From NCBI GenBank assembly GCA_963784615.1, contig CAWASG010000001.1, positions 1,824,046-1,888,045 on the forward strand: 64,000 bases of DNA, read 5' to 3'. Within the stretch, counting starts at the first letter, position 1; every line of letters begins with the position of its first letter. The position numbers were made by a program, and so were the translations under genes. Shown here one piece after another: positions 14,547-25,272 of this stretch. Source of the DNA: an uncultured Gammaproteobacteria bacterium (lineage in GTDB: Bacteria; Pseudomonadota; Gammaproteobacteria; Legionellales; Legionellaceae). The notes beneath the pieces are model-generated. The model saw only the letters and a program-made list of their open reading frames with translations, made no database searches and was not told the DNA's origin.

Positions 14547-15938
14547 GTGTCTTTTGATGTTTGGCAACAATGCTTGGGGTTGTTAAAGGAAGAGTACCCT
14601 GCTCAACAGTACAATACCTGGCTACGGCCTTTACAAGTAAAGCTTGACGACTGTCATTTGATATTGCTTGCTCCTAATCGTTTTGTTTCTGAGTGGGTCG
14701 AAAAGAACTTTTTTCAAAGAATAAAAGAACTTGTCGCTCAAATTAGCTCCAATACAATTACTAAGGTCAGTATTTGTGTCGGCAATAAAGTTGTGACAAC
14801 TGACGATGGCGATGATGCCGCTGGTGGAACAGCTGTGGCTTTAGAACAGAAAAATGCTGTTCCTGCTACTGTTTCATCCCCTAAAAAAATTATCGATCAT
14901 TATAAAACCAGTTTTCTCAATAAAAACTTAACTTTTGCTACTTATGTTGAGGGTAATTCAAACCAGTTACCCAAAGAAGCCGCTCGTTTAGTGGCTGAAC
15001 GTCTACCCGGACAAGATCCTTCTGCTCATAATCCATTATTTATTTACGGCGGTGTTGGATTAGGTAAAACCCATTTAATGCATGCCATTGGAAACAAGAT
15101 TCTTGAAAACAAACCCGATGCCAAGGTTCTTTATCTTCATTCCGAGCGTTTTGTGGCCGATATGGTTAAAGCGTTGCAAACAAACTCTATTAATGAATTT
15201 AAACGGTTTTATCGTTCTTTAGATGCACTATTAATCGACGATATTCAGTTTTTTGCGGGAAAAGATCGTTCTCAGGAAGAGTTTTTCCATACATTCAATG
15301 CGTTACTTGAAGGGCAACAGCAAATCGTATTGACCAGTGACCGTTACCCTAAAGAAATTGAAGGTGTAGAAGAAAGACTTAAATCTCGTTTTGGCTGGGG
15401 ATTAACGGTAGTTGTTGAACCGCCAGAGTTAGAAACGCGAGTTGCAATTTTATTGAGTAAAGCTGCTCAATCTAATATTGAATTGCCCTATGAGGTTGCA
15501 TTTTTTATTGCAAAACGAATTCGTTCCAATGTTCGTGAGCTTGAAGGCGCTCTTCGACGCGTTATTGCAAATGCTCAGTTTACAGGCAAACCCATTACAA
15601 TTGATTTCGTCAATGATGCATTACGCGATTTATTGGCTTTACAAGATAAGCTCGTTACTTTGGAAAACATCCAAAAAACAGTAGCAGATTATTATAAAGT
15701 GAAAGTAGCAGATATTTTATCTAAAAGACGGAGTCGCTCGATAGCAAGACCTCGGCAGATGGCAATGGCATTAGCTAAAGAATTAACCAATCATAGTTTG
15801 CCTGAAATTGGTGATAGTTTTGGTGGACGAGATCATACAACTGTTATCCATGCCTGTAAAAAAATTAAAGAGCTTATTATGGAAGGCGGAGAATTTTCTG
15901 AAGACCACAAAAATTTATTGCGTATCTTATCGTCTTAG
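14547..15938 (+). CDS. dnaA: chromosomal replication initiator DnaA
   Basis: 463 aa with a GTG start preceded by GAGGAG. Has the AAA+ [15 protein letters not shown] motif and a C-terminal DNA-binding helix-turn-helix. Confidence 0.95.
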   Translation: MSFDVWQQCLGLLKEEYPAQQYNTWLRPLQVKLDDCHLILLAPNRFVSEWVEKNFFQRIKELVAQISSNTITKVSICVGNKVVTTDDGDDAAGGTAVALEQKNAVPATVSSPKKIIDHYKTSFLNKNLTFATYVEGNSNQLPKEAARLVAERLPGQDPSAHNPLFIYGGVGLGKTHLMHAIGNKILENKPDAKVLYLHSERFVADMVKALQTNSINEFKRFYRSLDALLIDDIQFFAGKDRSQEEFFHTFNALLEGQQQIVLTSDRYPKEIEGVEERLKSRFGWGLTVVVEPPELETRVAILLSKAAQSNIELPYEVAFFIAKRIRSNVRELEGALRRVIANAQFTGKPITIDFVNDALRDLLALQDKLVTLENIQKTVADYYKVKVADILSKRRSRSIARPRQMAMALAKELTNHSLPEIGDSFGGRDHTTVIHACKKIKELIMEGGEFSEDHKNLLRILSS

Positions 15939-15944
15939 CCGGAG

Positions 15945-17057
15945 TTGTTTATGTTTGAATTAACCAGTAGTAAAGCTCAGCTGATGACACCGCTTCTCAC
16001 CGTCGCGGGTGCTGTTGATAAAAAACAATCCACTCCTATTTTATCCAATATTTTGATGAAGTTGACTGAAAATCATTTGCATTTGACAGCAACCGATTTA
16101 GAGATACAAATAACCGCATGTATACCCTGTATTACCCACGGAAACACTGGGGCTATTACTGTTCCTGCTAAGAAAATTGTTGATATCATTCGTTCTTTAG
16201 ATGACGATGCTAATCCCACGATTGCCTTTCATGATGGTATTTTGGCAATTAAAGTTGGTCGAAGCCAGTTTAAATTAGCCACCCTGTCTGCGGAAGGGTA
16301 CCCAAGTAGTCAGGATGAAGTGAGTGAGGTCGAGTTTTCTATACCACGCACCGTTTTATTACATCTTTTTCAATCAACCCATTTTGCCCTAACCCAAAAC
16401 GATGTTCGCTTTTTTTTGAATGGTTTGCTCTTGGAGCTTGATTCACAGTCCATTTCCGTTGTCGCTACCGATGGGCATCGCATGGCGATTTCGCGTTGCT
16501 TGATCCAGCAAAATAATCAACATCATCGTTTACTTATTCCGCGTAAGGCCATTCAGGAATTGTTACGTTTACTGACTCACATTGAAGATGAGAACGTATT
16601 CATTTCTGCGGGAAAAAATCATTTCAAATTTGTCAGTCAGCAATATACTTTTGTTTCGAAGTTGATCGAATCTCGTTTTCCTGCTTATGCGAAAGTGATT
16701 CCAAGAGATCAGGATAAGCACGTGATCATTGACCGTGAATTATTGAAGCGTTCTCTTTCGCGCATCATGATTTTAGCGAATGAAAAACTACGTGCAATTA
16801 CATTATTTATTCAACCGAACCAACTCACTCTAATTGCTAATAATCAGCAAAAAGAAGAAGCTATCGAAGAGTTGATGGCTCAAACCGTGGGCGGGGAACT
16901 TGAAATTAATATTAATGCGAGTTATTTATTTGATGTACTTAATTACATTGAAGGCGAAACTATTCGGTTGTCATTTTCTGATACCAACCAGAGTATTCTG
17001 GTTGAATCGATTCTCGATCCATTGTATCAATATATTATTATGCCGATGAAGCGATGA
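15945..17057 (+). CDS. dnaN: DNA polymerase III beta sliding clamp
   Basis: 370 aa, follows dnaA in the conserved order. Confidence 0.93.
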   Translation: MFMFELTSSKAQLMTPLLTVAGAVDKKQSTPILSNILMKLTENHLHLTATDLEIQITACIPCITHGNTGAITVPAKKIVDIIRSLDDDANPTIAFHDGILAIKVGRSQFKLATLSAEGYPSSQDEVSEVEFSIPRTVLLHLFQSTHFALTQNDVRFFLNGLLLELDSQSISVVATDGHRMAISRCLIQQNNQHHRLLIPRKAIQELLRLLTHIEDENVFISAGKNHFKFVSQQYTFVSKLIESRFPAYAKVIPRDQDKHVIIDRELLKRSLSRIMILANEKLRAITLFIQPNQLTLIANNQQKEEAIEELMAQTVGGELEININASYLFDVLNYIEGETIRLSFSDTNQSILVESILDPLYQYIIMPMKR

Positions 17058-18106
17058 GTGTTTGTCAACTTAACATTCATTCATTACGGAATATTCATCA
17101 AGCCAAATTAACCCTTCACCCTTCGTTTAATGTGTTTCACGGTGCTAATGGAAGTGGAAAAACATCAGTGCTCGAAGCGATTTATCTTTTATCGGCAGGC
17201 TATTCTTTTAAAACCCGTGAAACGCTTCCTTTGGTTCGCTATGGCGAGCGCCATTTAACGGTCTATGCGCGAACATTTTCTGATGAAACGGTTAGCCTTA
17301 GAAAAATTATTTCAGGACCTACGCAAGTTAAGTTGAATACTCAGTCCTGTCAGAAGAATAGTATGCTGGCCCGGTTTATTCCTTGCCAAGTGTTTTACCA
17401 AGATATTTTTCAAATCATCGATGCTGGCCCTTCTGTTCGTCGCAGTCTGATGGATTGGGGAGTGTTTCACGTGAAACATGAGTATCATGAGTTATGGCGT
17501 AACTATCGACAGGTATTGAAACAGCGTAATGCATTACTTCGCCAGCGGCCTTCTCGAAATAACATTTTGCCGTGGGATCGTCAGCTGGTTGAATTGGCCA
17601 ATGACTTAAATCAACTTCGACAAGATTACTTTAAAGAATGGCAGGTTGCCTTTCAGCAGTTTCTCTCTCAGTTAAGTGATATTGAATGCACGATTAATTA
17701 TTATCGTGGTTGGCGTGACAATGGAAAGACCCTTGATGTGATCCTGGAAGAGCAGTTTGCAGCCGATTGCCAACGTCAATATACACAATCAGGCGCCCAT
17801 CAAGCGGATATTCGGTTTGAAACGACCAATGCAACCGCAAAACAAGGCTTATCACGCGGGCAGCAGAAGATTATATTAATTGCCCTGAAGCTCGCTCAAG
17901 GACATTTACTGGAAAAAAATTGTATTTATTTGTTTGATGATATCACGGCAGAATTGGATATTAATCATGTTAGGCAATTAATGCGTTGTTTGCAGGATGT
18001 AAAAGGTCAAAAAATTATGACTGTATTAGATCCGGTTTCCCTTCAATCAGTATTAGATACAACAGAAGTTCAATATTATCATTTGAATCAGGGAACTGTT
18101 GTATGA
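17054..18106 (+). CDS. recF: DNA replication/repair protein RecF
   Basis: 350 aa with a GANGSGKTSVLEAIY Walker A motif. Follows dnaN. Confidence 0.93.
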   Translation: MSVCQLNIHSLRNIHQAKLTLHPSFNVFHGANGSGKTSVLEAIYLLSAGYSFKTRETLPLVRYGERHLTVYARTFSDETVSLRKIISGPTQVKLNTQSCQKNSMLARFIPCQVFYQDIFQIIDAGPSVRRSLMDWGVFHVKHEYHELWRNYRQVLKQRNALLRQRPSRNNILPWDRQLVELANDLNQLRQDYFKEWQVAFQQFLSQLSDIECTINYYRGWRDNGKTLDVILEEQFAADCQRQYTQSGAHQADIRFETTNATAKQGLSRGQQKIILIALKLAQGHLLEKNCIYLFDDITAELDINHVRQLMRCLQDVKGQKIMTVLDPVSLQSVLDTTEVQYYHLNQGTVV

Positions 18107-18111
18107 CATGT

Positions 18112-18537
18112 TTATTTCCACCATTTTGGTTTTATGAGTTTAACTTTGAGTTGCCATCCATTTTTTTCAACAGTTGCGCGCACTAATTCACGAATTTTTC
18201 CAAAATCGTATGCATAATCTTCACCGCCCAATACAAATCCTTCGCCACTTCCTGAGCGCTCAAGTCCTTTGACAATGTAACTTTCTTTGGAAAAACCGGA
18301 TGTCTCACCCCCCCATCCAGAGGATTTTTTTGAGATCATATCCCAGTAATAGACCGTTTTCTTATCCGCATCTAACAAGGCACGGCCAGAAAAGCTAATT
18401 CTGATGTTGTTTACCCATCCCTTGGATTCCGAATTTGTTTTAAAATCAAGAATATTGGGATCTACCTGCTTTACATGAAGGAGATCATTGGCAAGTGATA
18501 AGAGGTCATGTATCAGGGGTTCATTTGTAGTGTCCAT
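18112..18537 (-). CDS. hypothetical protein (141 aa, Gly/Ser-rich centre, no recognisable family)
   Basis: Intact ORF convergent on the recF 3' end and apparently co-oriented with the upstream TM2-domain gene. Occupies the position where gyrB normally lies. Confidence 0.5.
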   Translation of the reverse strand: MDTTNEPLIHDLLSLANDLLHVKQVDPNILDFKTNSESKGWVNNIRISFSGRALLDADKKTVYYWDMISKKSSGWGGETSGFSKESYIVKGLERSGSGEGFVLGGEDYAYDFGKIRELVRATVEKNGWQLKVKLIKPKWWK

Positions 18538-18577
18538 TTCAATGTCTCCAAAAGAAGTGCAAACAAGTAACGAGATA

Positions 18578-19822
18578 TTATTGAATCGTCATTGCCTCAT
18601 AGAATTTTTTAGCAATAGGCAGATCCTTGTCATATTGTGACTCTGTAGAGGTATACGACCAGTTATATAATGGGGATTGAGCATCTTTGGTTACTACAAA
18701 GTCGAGCCGTTTGAATAATTGATTGTTATGAGTAAAAGTAGAAAGCAAATATTCACCCTTAAATTGTTTTGGATTTTGCGGGAGTTCTGCAGCACCTTGA
18801 TCTAAAAATTTCGCATTAGGATCAATTTTACCAATCTGATTTTTAAGAGAGTTAACATATTCTGTTGTGGTTAAATATTGCCCATCTGGGTTTTTCGCAA
18901 AAATCATAGTTACGATAATCAATGACTCATATGAAGATGTGCCTTTTTTTCCTCTGCAAAAAAATGACCCTGCAAGTTTTGAGCCATAATCCCAGTTTTT
19001 CAGACAAATTACAGAAAAATAGCCTTTTGGATCTTTGTAAACAAAAATGTCATTAGAAGTGGCGTCTGTAGGCGTTGAAAGGGCTTTTTCGGATTTGCTA
19101 CTTTCCAAATTTGTTTCAAGAAACGCTTTGTATTGCGCATCTTGCTCACTTTCTTTTGGATTGATCAGCAAGCCGAATATCTTCCATTGATTATCCTCTT
19201 TAATTAAAAGGTATTGGATACCTATAACCGTACCGTCTTCCCCTTTCAACGTTCCTGTTACTATCCCTCGACTATTGTTAATTTCCCTTTTTGAAAATGA
19301 CGTACTTGCATTGTGGCTCAGGGGAGGATATCGATTTATAAATTCCTTAAACTGATCAAGAGAATGACTGCTTTGAAATTCTTTTGCAGTATACGCGTAG
19401 GATCCTTGAAAATCATTCATTCTTGCAGCTTCAAGATGTTTTTCAATCACTTTAACCAAGCCGCTGGTTAAAAACATTGCGAACATGGTAATAAGGAAGA
19501 CGATAATGACAATCTCAATTATCGTTGCAAGTATGATGCTTAGCCCTTTTTTTAACATGGATGGATCACTTATGCAGGTTAATAAGCGTCCTTGTTTGTC
19601 CTTAAAGGAGTTACTGATAATCGAAATGGCGTCAATCAAAGACCATAATCCAAAACATCCGAAGGTGACGAGCATGAGTAATCCAGTCCAGATTTTACCC
19701 ACATAAAGTCGATGCAGACCAAACACACCGAAAAAGACACACAAAAAAAGAGCTGTTAAACCTGATTTTGAACTTTTGTTTGCAGTCTGTTGGGACTGTT
19801 GCTCAACATTGGTGATTGTCAT
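18578..19822 (-). CDS. TM2-domain membrane protein with a large C-terminal extracytoplasmic region
   Basis: 414 aa. The N-terminal LFLCVFFGVFGLHRLYVGKIWTGLLMLVTFGCFGLWSLIDAISII matches the TM2 double-helix motif. A third TM helix follows, then about 280 aa of mixed alpha/beta sequence. Confidence 0.6.
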   Translation of the reverse strand: MTITNVEQQSQQTANKSSKSGLTALFLCVFFGVFGLHRLYVGKIWTGLLMLVTFGCFGLWSLIDAISIISNSFKDKQGRLLTCISDPSMLKKGLSIILATIIEIVIIVFLITMFAMFLTSGLVKVIEKHLEAARMNDFQGSYAYTAKEFQSSHSLDQFKEFINRYPPLSHNASTSFSKREINNSRGIVTGTLKGEDGTVIGIQYLLIKEDNQWKIFGLLINPKESEQDAQYKAFLETNLESSKSEKALSTPTDATSNDIFVYKDPKGYFSVICLKNWDYGSKLAGSFFCRGKKGTSSYESLIIVTMIFAKNPDGQYLTTTEYVNSLKNQIGKIDPNAKFLDQGAAELPQNPKQFKGEYLLSTFTHNNQLFKRLDFVVTKDAQSPLYNWSYTSTESQYDKDLPIAKKFYEAMTIQ

Positions 19823-19920
19823 GCTTTCATCCTTGAATTTGATTTCATAGTTTAAGCATAGACGATTTTTAGCAATAGATTATTATGGACTGTTGCAGAT
19901 GAGGGTTTAGGTTTAGCTTG

Positions 19921-19952
19921 CGTAGGTTGGGTTGCATCTTTATGCAACCCAA
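19921..19952. repeat. mini-REP (GTAGGTTGGGTTGCATCTTTATGCAACCCAAC)
   Basis: Compact variant at the recF-side synteny break. Confidence 0.7.
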
Positions 19953-19974
19953 CAAGAGCTACTGCGGATGGATG

Positions 19975-20442
19975 CTAGCGTGTATGTACAGTTGGATTGT
20001 GTTCGTGTGCATGCACTTGCACATCGGCTCGCCCTTGATCATGGCTGTGTTCATGGCCATGACCATAAGCTTGTTCATTGACGTGTCCATGTTCATGGAT
20101 ATCTTGAGGAGGAGCGCCTCTCATCCAATGATGTGAAAGCCATTTCCACTTTCCGCACCGTCCGTGTCGACCAGGGGAAACGCAACCCCAGTAGCCGGAA
20201 ACCCAGACAGCTGAACGTGACGCCCTTGGATTAGAGCATTCTTGATGCGGCGGTATCCACATGTTATCAATCCACATCCCTCTGGTGACATAACAATGGG
20301 TATAACCCTGGGGTGGTGCGACGATAACTTGTGCAGGCGGTGGCGCTACGGATATGGAAATGTCAATACCAGTGTGATGTCTGGCTTGGGCCGTGAGGCT
20401 CATTAGTAGGATAGACAATAAAGCAAAACAACGAGTAAACAT
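19975..20442 (-). CDS. secreted Trp/Cys-containing protein with a His-rich C-terminal tail (possible periplasmic metal binder)
   Basis: 155 aa with a signal peptide (MFTRCFALLSILLMSLTAQA). The tail HEHGHVNEQAYGHGHEHSHDQGRADVQVHAHEH is repeatedly HxH. Confidence 0.55.
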   Translation of the reverse strand: MFTRCFALLSILLMSLTAQARHHTGIDISISVAPPPAQVIVAPPQGYTHCYVTRGMWIDNMWIPPHQECSNPRASRSAVWVSGYWGCVSPGRHGRCGKWKWLSHHWMRGAPPQDIHEHGHVNEQAYGHGHEHSHDQGRADVQVHAHEHNPTVHTR

Positions 20443-20652
20443 GAAATACCCCTTAATTCAGGTGAACGGTTACATGGATTAAATATATCGCTCAAAATAA
20501 TAACATGTTCATATTTTTACTGATAGCAGAATAGAAACGATAATTTCTGTTCACAACGTTCTCCCCAATGTTTAATATGAAAACCTTGCAATACTCTATC
20601 TTCGTCTACTATAGTTAAGTCATTCTTAATACGAAACATAAAAGTGCTGACC

Positions 20653-21762
20653 ATGGCAAAAATTGGCTTATATCTAGCAGGCGGTGGTGCTCGCGGTGCT
20701 TATCAGGCTGGCGCTCTGAAAGCTATTGGCGAAATATTACAAACGGATAAGTTGCCGTTTACGATGCTGAGTGGCGTAAGCATAGGGGCAATCAATGCTT
20801 CGGTGCTTGCCCAACATGCTGACGATTTTTTGATGGGGATCGATTGCCTTGAGCGTTTATGGTCCAATATCCATTGTGATCAAATATTTAATACAAGTAA
20901 CTTTGAGCTCGGGAAATCAGTCGTCCGTAATTTAGGTCAATTTTTGGTAAAACAACGTCGGTCAGGTTTTTTACTGGATACGGCGCCATTGAATGACTTT
21001 GTGGATAATAATATTAATTTTGAAAGAATTCGCAATAATATTGCAGAAAATCATTTGGAAACATTTGAAGTCATTGCGAACTGCTATGAAACAGAACAAA
21101 CCGTGTCTTTTTACCAGCACTCTATACCAGGATTTGAAGATTGGGCCTACCATCGACACATCAGTCGATCTGCTGTTATCAATAAGAATCACATTATTGC
21201 TTCTGGATCACTGCCACTTTTTTTCCCAGCCATAGACATCGATGGTTTGCATTATGGGGATGGGAGCGTTGGGTTGATCTCACCTCTTCGCGGGGCGTTA
21301 CGATTTAATGTCGAAAAAGTGATGATTATTGGAACCCGTCAACTACCCCACACAATTAAGCCAGACATATCGAATGGCGAGGATATTGGCTTTGCTCAAG
21401 TGCTTGGTAATATGCTCAATGGTCTATTTCTTGATAATCTTGATAGGGACATTGAGATGGTTAATCGTATGAATGAGATCGCTCGTTTGCTGTCGATTTG
21501 GAATAAGCACAAATCGCCCTGGCGACCGATTGAGACCCTCTATCTGCGTCCTACCACGAGCATGGCTGCGATGGCTCAAGACCATTACAAAGCAATGCCC
21601 ACGTTATTACGCATGCTCTTAAACGTTCTGGGAGCAAAAAATCATTCGGGCGACTTATTAAGCTTTTTGTTGTTTGAAAAGGAATTTACACAGCAATTAA
21701 TTGAAACAGGGTATACCGATACCATGAATCAATATAAATCAATTGTCGCGTTTTTCGAGTAA
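20653..21762 (+). CDS. patatin-like phospholipase
   Basis: N-terminal GLYLAGGGARGAYQAG oxyanion motif plus the GVSIGAINA nucleophile-elbow GxSxG. Start taken at MAKIGL. Confidence 0.8.
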   Translation: MAKIGLYLAGGGARGAYQAGALKAIGEILQTDKLPFTMLSGVSIGAINASVLAQHADDFLMGIDCLERLWSNIHCDQIFNTSNFELGKSVVRNLGQFLVKQRRSGFLLDTAPLNDFVDNNINFERIRNNIAENHLETFEVIANCYETEQTVSFYQHSIPGFEDWAYHRHISRSAVINKNHIIASGSLPLFFPAIDIDGLHYGDGSVGLISPLRGALRFNVEKVMIIGTRQLPHTIKPDISNGEDIGFAQVLGNMLNGLFLDNLDRDIEMVNRMNEIARLLSIWNKHKSPWRPIETLYLRPTTSMAAMAQDHYKAMPTLLRMLLNVLGAKNHSGDLLSFLLFEKEFTQQLIETGYTDTMNQYKSIVAFFE

Positions 21763-21769
21763 TGTTTCG

Positions 21770-21895
21770 TAACTCAGCAGGTACGTCATCCAGAGGACGT
21801 CTGCTATGTGAAGGATCTCCCCTAAGTAATTAAAGCTATAACATTCAGGAGATCCTTCGCGCAAAAAGACGCGCTCTGGATGACGTACCTAGGGA
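21770..21895. repeat. palindromic element E between the convergent patatin and aroE genes
   Basis: AGGTACGTCATCCAGAG / CTCTGGATGACGTACCT arms plus GAAGGATCTCC / GGAGATCCTTC, and an internal GCGC-AAAAAGAC-GCGC hairpin. Likely a bidirectional transcript end. Confidence 0.7.
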
Positions 21896-22663
21896 ATCCG
21901 GCATAACCTCATGCCAAATCAAAAAAGCTTCAGCGGCTTGTTCGATGAGCATTCCCAGACCATCGATTGCTGGTGATCCATGCGATTTTGCCCATTGTAC
22001 GAAGGGCGTCATTTTATCTCGGCTGTAAGCTAAATCGTAGCAAAAGGGGTGATTGGTGAGAATGGTGTCGGGTAATGTCAGGGTGTTATCCTGAAGACTT
22101 GCAGAAGTTGCATTGACGACAACGTCATAATGTTCGGTGAGTGCTTCAAATCCACATGTCTGTATTTCCGGAAAGTAAGTTTTTAGTGCGTGGGCTTTGT
22201 CTACGGTACGATTGCTGAGAATTAATCGTGCGGGATGGGAGTTGAGTAGTTCGCCAATGACGCCGCGTGCCGCACCGCCAGCACCTAATAACACGATTCT
22301 TTTGTCTGCCAAGTCAATATAGCGACTTAAATCACGCATTAAGCCAACGCCATCGGTATTATCAGCATGGAGTTTGCCATCCGCCATCCAGAGCGTATTC
22401 GCCGCACCGGCCTGAAGACAGCGAGCTGTTTTTATTTGTGCCATTGCAAACGCACGTTCTTTAAATGGCAGGGTAATATTAAGTCCTTTGCCGTCAGGTT
22501 CATTAAAAAAATCAATGACATATTGTTCAAACAGCGCCACGGGCACCTCGATTTTGTCATAACGAAGTGAAATGCCGGTTTGTTCGGCAAATTGTTGATG
22601 GATAATGGGCGACAGGCTATGGGCGATGGGATTGCCCATCACCGCATATAATGGAATATTCAA
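21845..22663 (-). CDS. aroE: shikimate dehydrogenase
   Basis: 272 aa; N-terminal YAVMGNPIAHSLSPIIHQ and an internal NATSAS motif. The C-terminus reads into a palindromic element. Confidence 0.88.
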   Translation of the reverse strand: MNIPLYAVMGNPIAHSLSPIIHQQFAEQTGISLRYDKIEVPVALFEQYVIDFFNEPDGKGLNITLPFKERAFAMAQIKTARCLQAGAANTLWMADGKLHADNTDGVGLMRDLSRYIDLADKRIVLLGAGGAARGVIGELLNSHPARLILSNRTVDKAHALKTYFPEIQTCGFEALTEHYDVVVNATSASLQDNTLTLPDTILTNHPFCYDLAYSRDKMTPFVQWAKSHGSPAIDGLGMLIEQAAEAFLIWHEVMPDSLGTSSRARLFARRIS

Positions 22664-22674
22664 TGTTCCTCCAA

Positions 22675-25251
22675 TCAGTGGGCCCGACTTTTTTCGACAA
22701 CTTCACTTAAATCTCTCGATAACGTCATTCCTGCCAAGATAGTTAACTGTTCTTGCATCAGCGCCTGTCTTGGGGCATCCAGTCTTTGCCAGCGAGTAAA
22801 TGGTGTTGCTAAGCGCGCGGCGACTTGTGGATTAATGGCGTCGAGCTTAACTAGCATTTCGGTTAAAAAAGCATAGCCACTGCCGTCTATTGCATGGAAA
22901 TGTCGCGGATTGAATTGGGTAAAAGCGCCGATAAGTGCACGGACTTTATTGGGGTTTTTCATTTGAAAGGCGGGATGAGAAAGCAGTAATCTGACTTGAG
23001 CAAGGGTTCCCGGAACTTCTGAGCTTGCCTGTACTGAAAACCATTTATCCATGACCAATTCATTGGCTGACCAATCGGTATAAAACGACCCGATCGCCTG
23101 TTCGCGTAGCGCTTTTTGTGAGGCGTTGGCTAACAACATAAAACTCGCGAGCTTTCCTGACATGGTGCGGGCTTTGGTAAATTGTTCCTGACAGAAGGGC
23201 AGAGTTGTTGTTTCGTCGGCCTTCATCATGAGCCAGAGGCATGTATTTCTAAGTTTACGGCGTCCATATGCAGCATATTGCATGACGCCATCCTCCTGTT
23301 CCCACAAAGTTTCGTAAGTTGTTTTGGCAGCATTAAATAGTGCTTTGCCCAACGCTTGTCGATAGGCATCTCTGACCTCTTCCACAAGTCCCACGTCTAC
23401 GGTTTGCAAAGTCGCGGCGACATCCTCGAACTGTGGCGGCGTTAATACATCGGCGCGCAGTCCCATATCGAGTGATGCATTCGTTAAAACCTGGTGATAA
23501 GCATCAATGAGTTTAGATGATAGTGACCATGTGTTGGAAGGAGATTGTAGCCACGTTTTGAGGGTATTTAATGCCAAGGTTTGTCCTGCATTCCATAATG
23601 CATAGCCATTAGTTTCGAATTGCAATAACCCTAATAGTTCTTCTTCAGTTTGTGTGTACTGCAGTTTAATCGGTGCGGAAAAATCACGTAACAAAGAAAC
23701 CAGTGGTTTTTCTTGTAATCCTTCAAATCGATATTGCGTTTCAGATTCTTTGAGCTCAATTAATGTGTCATTTAATAGCTTACCTGTTGTGCTTAATAGC
23801 GCGAGACGAATGGGAATATGAAACGGCTGTTTCTGTTGGCACTCGGGCGTTGGTGGGCAGGTTTGGCTTAATGTCAGGGTTAAACAACCGTTTTGAAAGT
23901 CACTGTTGACGGACACTTCGGGCGTACCTGCCTGGCTATACCAACGTTTGAATTGCGTTAAATCAACATGATTGGCATCTTCCATGGCGGCAACAAAATC
24001 ATCAATGGTGACGGCCTGTCCATCGTGGCGTTCAAAGTAGAGATCCATGCCGTGTCGAAAACCAGCCTCACCCAAGAGGGTGTGTTGCATGCGAATCACT
24101 TCTGAGCCTTTATTGTAGATGGTTGCGGTATAAAAATTATTAATCTCTTGATAGGACTCGGGGCGAACCGGATGTGCCATGGCACTGGCATCTTCTGGAA
24201 ATTGGGAACTGCGTAGTACCCTGACCTCAGCAATTCGATTCACGTCTTGTGAATTCATGTCCGCAGAAAATGCATGTTCACGAAATACCGTTAAGCCTTC
24301 TTTCAAGCTCAGTTGAAACCAGTCGCGACAGGTGACGCGATTGCCTGTCCAATTATGAAAATATTCATGACCGACAACGCTTTCAACGTCGATATAATCT
24401 TGATCAGTTGCTGTTTCTGGGCTGACGAGAATATATTTGGAATTAAAAATATTAAGACCTTTATTTTCCATCGCGCCCATATTGAAATCACTGACGGCGA
24501 CGATCATAAACAGATCAAGGTCATATTCTCGTCCAAAGCGTTCCTCATCCCAGCGCATGGATTTTTTCACGGAGGCCATGGCGTGAGCGCATTGAGGTTC
24601 GTTGCCATGCTCTACATAAATGTGTAGTGCAATAGAGCGACCGGATTGGGTGGTGAATGTATCCGTTACACAGCCGAGATCGCCGGCAACCAGGGCAAAT
24701 AGATAGGATGGTTTTTTAAAAGGATCTTCCCAAACGACCCAATGCCGGCCATCACTGGTTTCACCGGCGTCGATTGGGTTGCCGTTGGACAAGAGTATTG
24801 GATAAGACGCTTTGTCGGCGCTGATGCGGGTGGTGAAGGTGGTGAGTACATCGGGTCTATCAGGGAAAAAGGTGATACGACGAAACCCTTCTGCTTCACA
24901 TTGGGTACAGAATAAATGATTTGAGCGGTACAGACCGGACAGGGAGGTGTTGTTTTGCGGTTGAATGCGAACGACTGTGGTTAAGGTAAATTCATCCGGG
25001 CATGTTGGGATGATTAAGTTGCCGTCTGTCAATTGATAGGCTTTTTGTTCTAGTGCCTGATGATTGAGTTGAATACTGATTAATTCAAGCCCGTCCCCAT
25101 TCAAACATAATTCACCAGGTTGTTCGCGCTTAAAAGCGATGTGGCTTGTGACCAGGGCGTGGTCCTCATACAGGTCAACGGTTAAGTGAAGCGATACAAC
25201 CGCAAAGGGGTAAGGTTTATATTCGTTACGATAGATTGTTTTATTTTGCAT
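22675..25251 (-). CDS. pepN: aminopeptidase N (M1 family)
   Basis: 858 aa with a GAMENKGL exopeptidase motif and an HEYFHNWTG...E zinc motif. Confidence 0.95.
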   Translation of the reverse strand: MQNKTIYRNEYKPYPFAVVSLHLTVDLYEDHALVTSHIAFKREQPGELCLNGDGLELISIQLNHQALEQKAYQLTDGNLIIPTCPDEFTLTTVVRIQPQNNTSLSGLYRSNHLFCTQCEAEGFRRITFFPDRPDVLTTFTTRISADKASYPILLSNGNPIDAGETSDGRHWVVWEDPFKKPSYLFALVAGDLGCVTDTFTTQSGRSIALHIYVEHGNEPQCAHAMASVKKSMRWDEERFGREYDLDLFMIVAVSDFNMGAMENKGLNIFNSKYILVSPETATDQDYIDVESVVGHEYFHNWTGNRVTCRDWFQLSLKEGLTVFREHAFSADMNSQDVNRIAEVRVLRSSQFPEDASAMAHPVRPESYQEINNFYTATIYNKGSEVIRMQHTLLGEAGFRHGMDLYFERHDGQAVTIDDFVAAMEDANHVDLTQFKRWYSQAGTPEVSVNSDFQNGCLTLTLSQTCPPTPECQQKQPFHIPIRLALLSTTGKLLNDTLIELKESETQYRFEGLQEKPLVSLLRDFSAPIKLQYTQTEEELLGLLQFETNGYALWNAGQTLALNTLKTWLQSPSNTWSLSSKLIDAYHQVLTNASLDMGLRADVLTPPQFEDVAATLQTVDVGLVEEVRDAYRQALGKALFNAAKTTYETLWEQEDGVMQYAAYGRRKLRNTCLWLMMKADETTTLPFCQEQFTKARTMSGKLASFMLLANASQKALREQAIGSFYTDWSANELVMDKWFSVQASSEVPGTLAQVRLLLSHPAFQMKNPNKVRALIGAFTQFNPRHFHAIDGSGYAFLTEMLVKLDAINPQVAARLATPFTRWQRLDAPRQALMQEQLTILAGMTLSRDLSEVVEKSRAH

Positions 25252-25272
25252 GGGGTTCCTCTGTTGGACATT

